A stretch of DNA of 64,000 bases from the human T2T-CHM13v2.0 reference genome, Homo sapiens: NCBI RefSeq assembly GCF_009914755.1, contig NC_060940.1; one strand, 5' to 3'. Position 1 is the first letter of the stretch, and every line of letters starts with the position of its first letter. A program made the position numbers and the translations under genes. Below are positions 60,801 through 64,000 of the stretch, one piece after another. Below the pieces are notes generated by a model. The model was not told the origin of the DNA. It worked only from the letters and a program-made list of their open reading frames with translations, and made no database searches.

Positions 60801-63800
60801 TGATTCCATTCCATTCCATTCGACAATGATTCCATTCGATTTCTTTCGATGATTCCACTCGATTCCACTTGACATTGATTCCATTCGATTCCATTCAATG
60901 ATTCCATTTGATTCCAGTGGATGATGATTGCCATTGATTCCATTCGATCACTCCATTCTATTCCATTTGATGATGATTACATTCGATTCCATTTGATGAT
61001 TCCATCTGATTCTATTCGAGGATTCCATTTGATTCCATTCGATGATGATTCCATTCGAGTCCATTCGATGATTTCATTCCAGTACATCCAATGATTCCAT
61101 TCGAGTCCATTAGATGATTCCATTTGATTCCATTTGAAAATGATTCTACTAGAGTCCATTCAATGACTCCATTCGAGTCCATTCAACAATTCCATTCGAC
61201 TCCATTCGATGATTCCATTCGATTCCATTTGATGGTTCCATTCGAGTCCATTTAATCATTACAGTCGAGTCCATTTGTTGATTCCACTGGATTTCTTTTG
61301 ATAATGATACCATTCAATTACATTTGATGATGATCCCATTCAACTTCATTTGATGATGATTCCATTAGAGTCCATTCGATGATTTCATTCGAGTCCCTTC
61401 ATTGATTCCATCCGATTTCATTGGATGATGACTCCATTCGAGTCCATTCGATGATTCCACTCGATTCCATTAGATGACTCCATTGGAGTCCATTTGATTG
61501 TTCCATTCGATTCCATTCGATTCCTTTCGAAGATTATTCCATTTGAGTCCATTCGATGATGATTCCATTCCATTCCATTCGATGATTCCGTTTGATTCCA
61601 TTCGATGATTCCCTTCGATTCCTTTCTTTGATGATTCCATTCCATTCCATTCAATGATTCCATTCGAATCTATTCCATGATGATTCCTTTCGATTCCATT
61701 CGTTGATGTTTCCGTTCAATTCCATTCGATGATGATTCCATTCGATTCCATTCATTGAGGATTCCATTTGATTCCATTCAATGATGATTCCATTCTATTC
61801 CATTCAATGATTGCATTCAATTCCATTCAGTGATTATCCCATTAGAGTAAACTCAACGATTCCATTCAATACCATTCGATGATGATTCCTTTTGAGTCCA
61901 TTCAATGATTTCATTCAAGTCCATTTGATGATTCCATTCAATTCCATTCTATGATGATTCCATTCGAGTCCATTCGATGATTCCATTCGATTGCATTCGA
62001 TGATTCCATTATATTCCATTCAACGGTGATTCCATTCGAGTCCATTCCATGATTCCATTAGAGTACATTTAATGATTGCTTTGTTTTCAATTCGAAGATG
62101 ATTACATTGGATTCCATTCTATGATACCATTCGATTCCATTCAATGATGATTCCACTCAAATCCATTGGATGATTCCATTCGTGTCCATTCGGTGATTTC
62201 ATTAGATTCCATTCGAGGATGATTCCATTCGATTCCATTCGATGATTCCATTCAATTCCATTCGATGATGATTCCATTCCAGTCCATATGATCATTCCAT
62301 TTGATTTCATTCGATGATGATTCCATTCGATTCCATTCGATGATTCCATTCTATTCCATTCGATGATGATTCAATTCGAGTCCATTCGATGATTCCATTC
62401 GAGTCCATTTAATGATTCCATTGGGTTCAATTCAATGATGATTACATTGGATTCCGTTCTCTGATTCCATTCAATTCCGTTCATTGACAATTTGATTCCA
62501 TTCGATGATGATTCCATTTGAGTTCATTCGATGATTCTATTCGATTCTCTTCGATGGTGATTCAATTCTATTATATTGGATGATTCCATTCGATTCCATT
62601 TGATGTTGATTCAATTCGATTCTATTCGATGATGATTCCATTGGATTTCACTTGATGATTCTATTCGATTCCATTCAATGATGATTCACTTCTCGTCCAT
62701 TGGATGATTCCATTTCATTCCATTCGATGATGATTCCATTCGATTCCATTCGATGATTCCATTTGATTCCATGCGACGGTGAGCAATTCGATTCAATTCC
62801 ATGATGATTCTATTTGATTCAATTAGATGATGTTTCCATTCGAATCCATTCCATGATTATTCCATTGGAATCCATTTGGCGATGATTCCGTATGAGTCAA
62901 TTCAATGATGATTCCATATGGGTCCGTTCGATGATAATTCCATTTGATTTCATTGGATGCTTCTATTCTATTCCAGTCGATGATGATTCCGTTGGAGTCC
63001 ATACGATGATTACATTTGATTTCATTTGATGATGATTCCATTCGATGATGATTACATTGGATTCCATTCTATGATTCCATTCAATTCCATTCGTTGATGA
63101 TTCGATTCCATTCAATGATGATTCCATTTGAGTTCATTCGATGATTCTATTCGATTCCGTTCGATGGTGATTCAATTCTCTTATATTGGATGATTCCACT
63201 CGATTCCATTTGATGATTATTCCATTGGAGTCCACTTAGTGAATCCTTTAGATTCTACTCGAAGATGATTCCATTCGAGTCCATTCGATGATACCATTCA
63301 ATTCCATTCGTTGATGCTTCCATTCAAGTGCATTCGATGATATCATTCGATTCCATTTGATGATAATTCCATTTGATTCCATGCGATGATTCTATTCGAT
63401 TCCATTCAATGATAATTCCATTCAATTCAGTGATTCCTCTGGACTCCATTTGATGATGATTCCATTCAATGATTCCATTCGATTCTATTCGAAAATGATT
63501 CCATTTGAATCCATTTGATGACGATTCCATTCGATTCCATTCGACGATGATTCCATTCGATTCCATTTGATGATTCCATTCTATTCTATTCGATGATGAT
63601 TCCATTCGATTCCATTCGACGATGATTGGATTCGATTCCATTTGATGATTTCATTTGATTCCTTTCGTTAATGATTTCGATCAACTCCATTCGATGATTC
63701 CATTTGATTCCATTCGATAATGATTACATCCGAGTCCATTCGATGATTCCATTTGAGCCCGTTCGATAATTCCATTTGAGTCCAATCAATGATTCCATTC

Positions 63801-63892
63801 ATTTCCATTCAATGATTCCATTCGAGTCCATTTGATCATTCTGGTAGGGTCCGTTCGATGTTGATTCCATTGGAGTGCATTCGATGATTCCA
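57804..63892 (+). repeat. HSat2 unit 10 (6,089 bp = 6,112 - 23)
   Basis: The next marker (variant TTCGAGTCCATTTTATGA) is at 63893 rather than the expected 63916. One 23-bp subunit is missing near 63520-63530. Confidence 0.93.
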
Positions 63893-64000
63893 TTCGAGTC
63901 CATTTTATGATTTGATTCGAGTCCTTTCGATGATTCCATTCGATTCCACTCGATGATGATTTCATTCGAGTCCATTCGACACTTTCAATCGATTCCATTT
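63893..64000 (+). repeat. Start of HSat2 unit 11 (truncated by the window end)
   Basis: Aligns to positions 1-108 with a few substitutions. Confidence 0.9.

Larger units (their letters stand above)
1..64000 (+). repeat. Human satellite II (HSat2/HSATII) array, probably HSat2B of the chr16q11.2 type, with a 6,112-bp nested tandem repeat
   Basis: Seen: continuous degenerate CATTC/CATTCGATTC pentamers punctuated by GATGAT, rich in TCGA, rather than pure (CATTC)n as in HSat3. The same ORF-track peptide recurs at 339, 6451, 12758, 19066, 25178, 33694, 39806, 45918, 52030 and 58142 (base period 6,112). Knowledge: a ~6.1-kb unit is characteristic of chr16 HSat2B, whereas chr1 HSat2A has a ~1.8-kb unit. 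The family call is firm; the chromosome call is less certain. Confidence 0.97.

Noticed and set aside
339-63998. More than 100 minus-strand ORFs of 60-132 aa (MESSSNGIEWNH... peptides)
   Set aside because: They are direct translations of the GAATG/ATCATC strand, which is ATG-rich and stop-poor. They are low-complexity, overlap in several frames, appear and vanish with single SNPs, and show no domain or gene structure. Not annotated as CDS.
1-64000. CRISPR-like or repeat-spacer array suggested by the 23-26-bp periodicity
   Set aside because: There are no unique spacers, no leader and no cas genes. Intervening sequence is the same degenerate motif and the whole pattern repeats every 6,112 bp.
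1-64000. Alpha satellite, HSat3, Alu/L1 insertion or strand inversion
   Set aside because: There is no 171-bp alphoid sequence (the 170-bp duplication is plain HSat2), no long pure CATTC runs, no poly-A or foreign insert, and no switch to GAATG on +. Unit length arithmetic leaves no unexplained bases.

Overview
The whole 64 kb window is one uninterrupted, single-orientation array of classical human satellite II (HSat2/HSATII). The CATTC-rich strand is on +, built from degenerate ~23/26-bp subunits (ATTCCATTCG ATTCCATTCG ATG[ATG]). It is organised as a highly homogenised 6,112-bp nested tandem unit, which matches the ~6.1-kb periodicity known for the HSat2B array of chromosome 16q11.2 heterochromatin; that assignment comes from prior knowledge and is not proven here. 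There are 10 complete units plus a 108-bp stub: six of 6,112 bp, two of 6,307/6,308 bp (shared 26-bp and 170-bp tandem duplications), one of 8,516 bp (2,404-bp internal duplication) and one of 6,089 bp (23-bp deletion). I find no credible protein-coding gene, RNA gene, transposon insertion, inversion or CRISPR array, and the listed ORFs are translation artefacts of the GAATG strand. I cannot support a new coding or defence system. The real signal is satellite architecture: microhomology-bounded structural variants, sister-unit and mosaic SNP patterns, a recurrent mutation cluster, an abrupt rise in divergence in the last ~480 bp, one conserved DUX4-consensus site per unit and one CCGG site per unit. 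All comparisons were made by eye, so variant lists may be incomplete.
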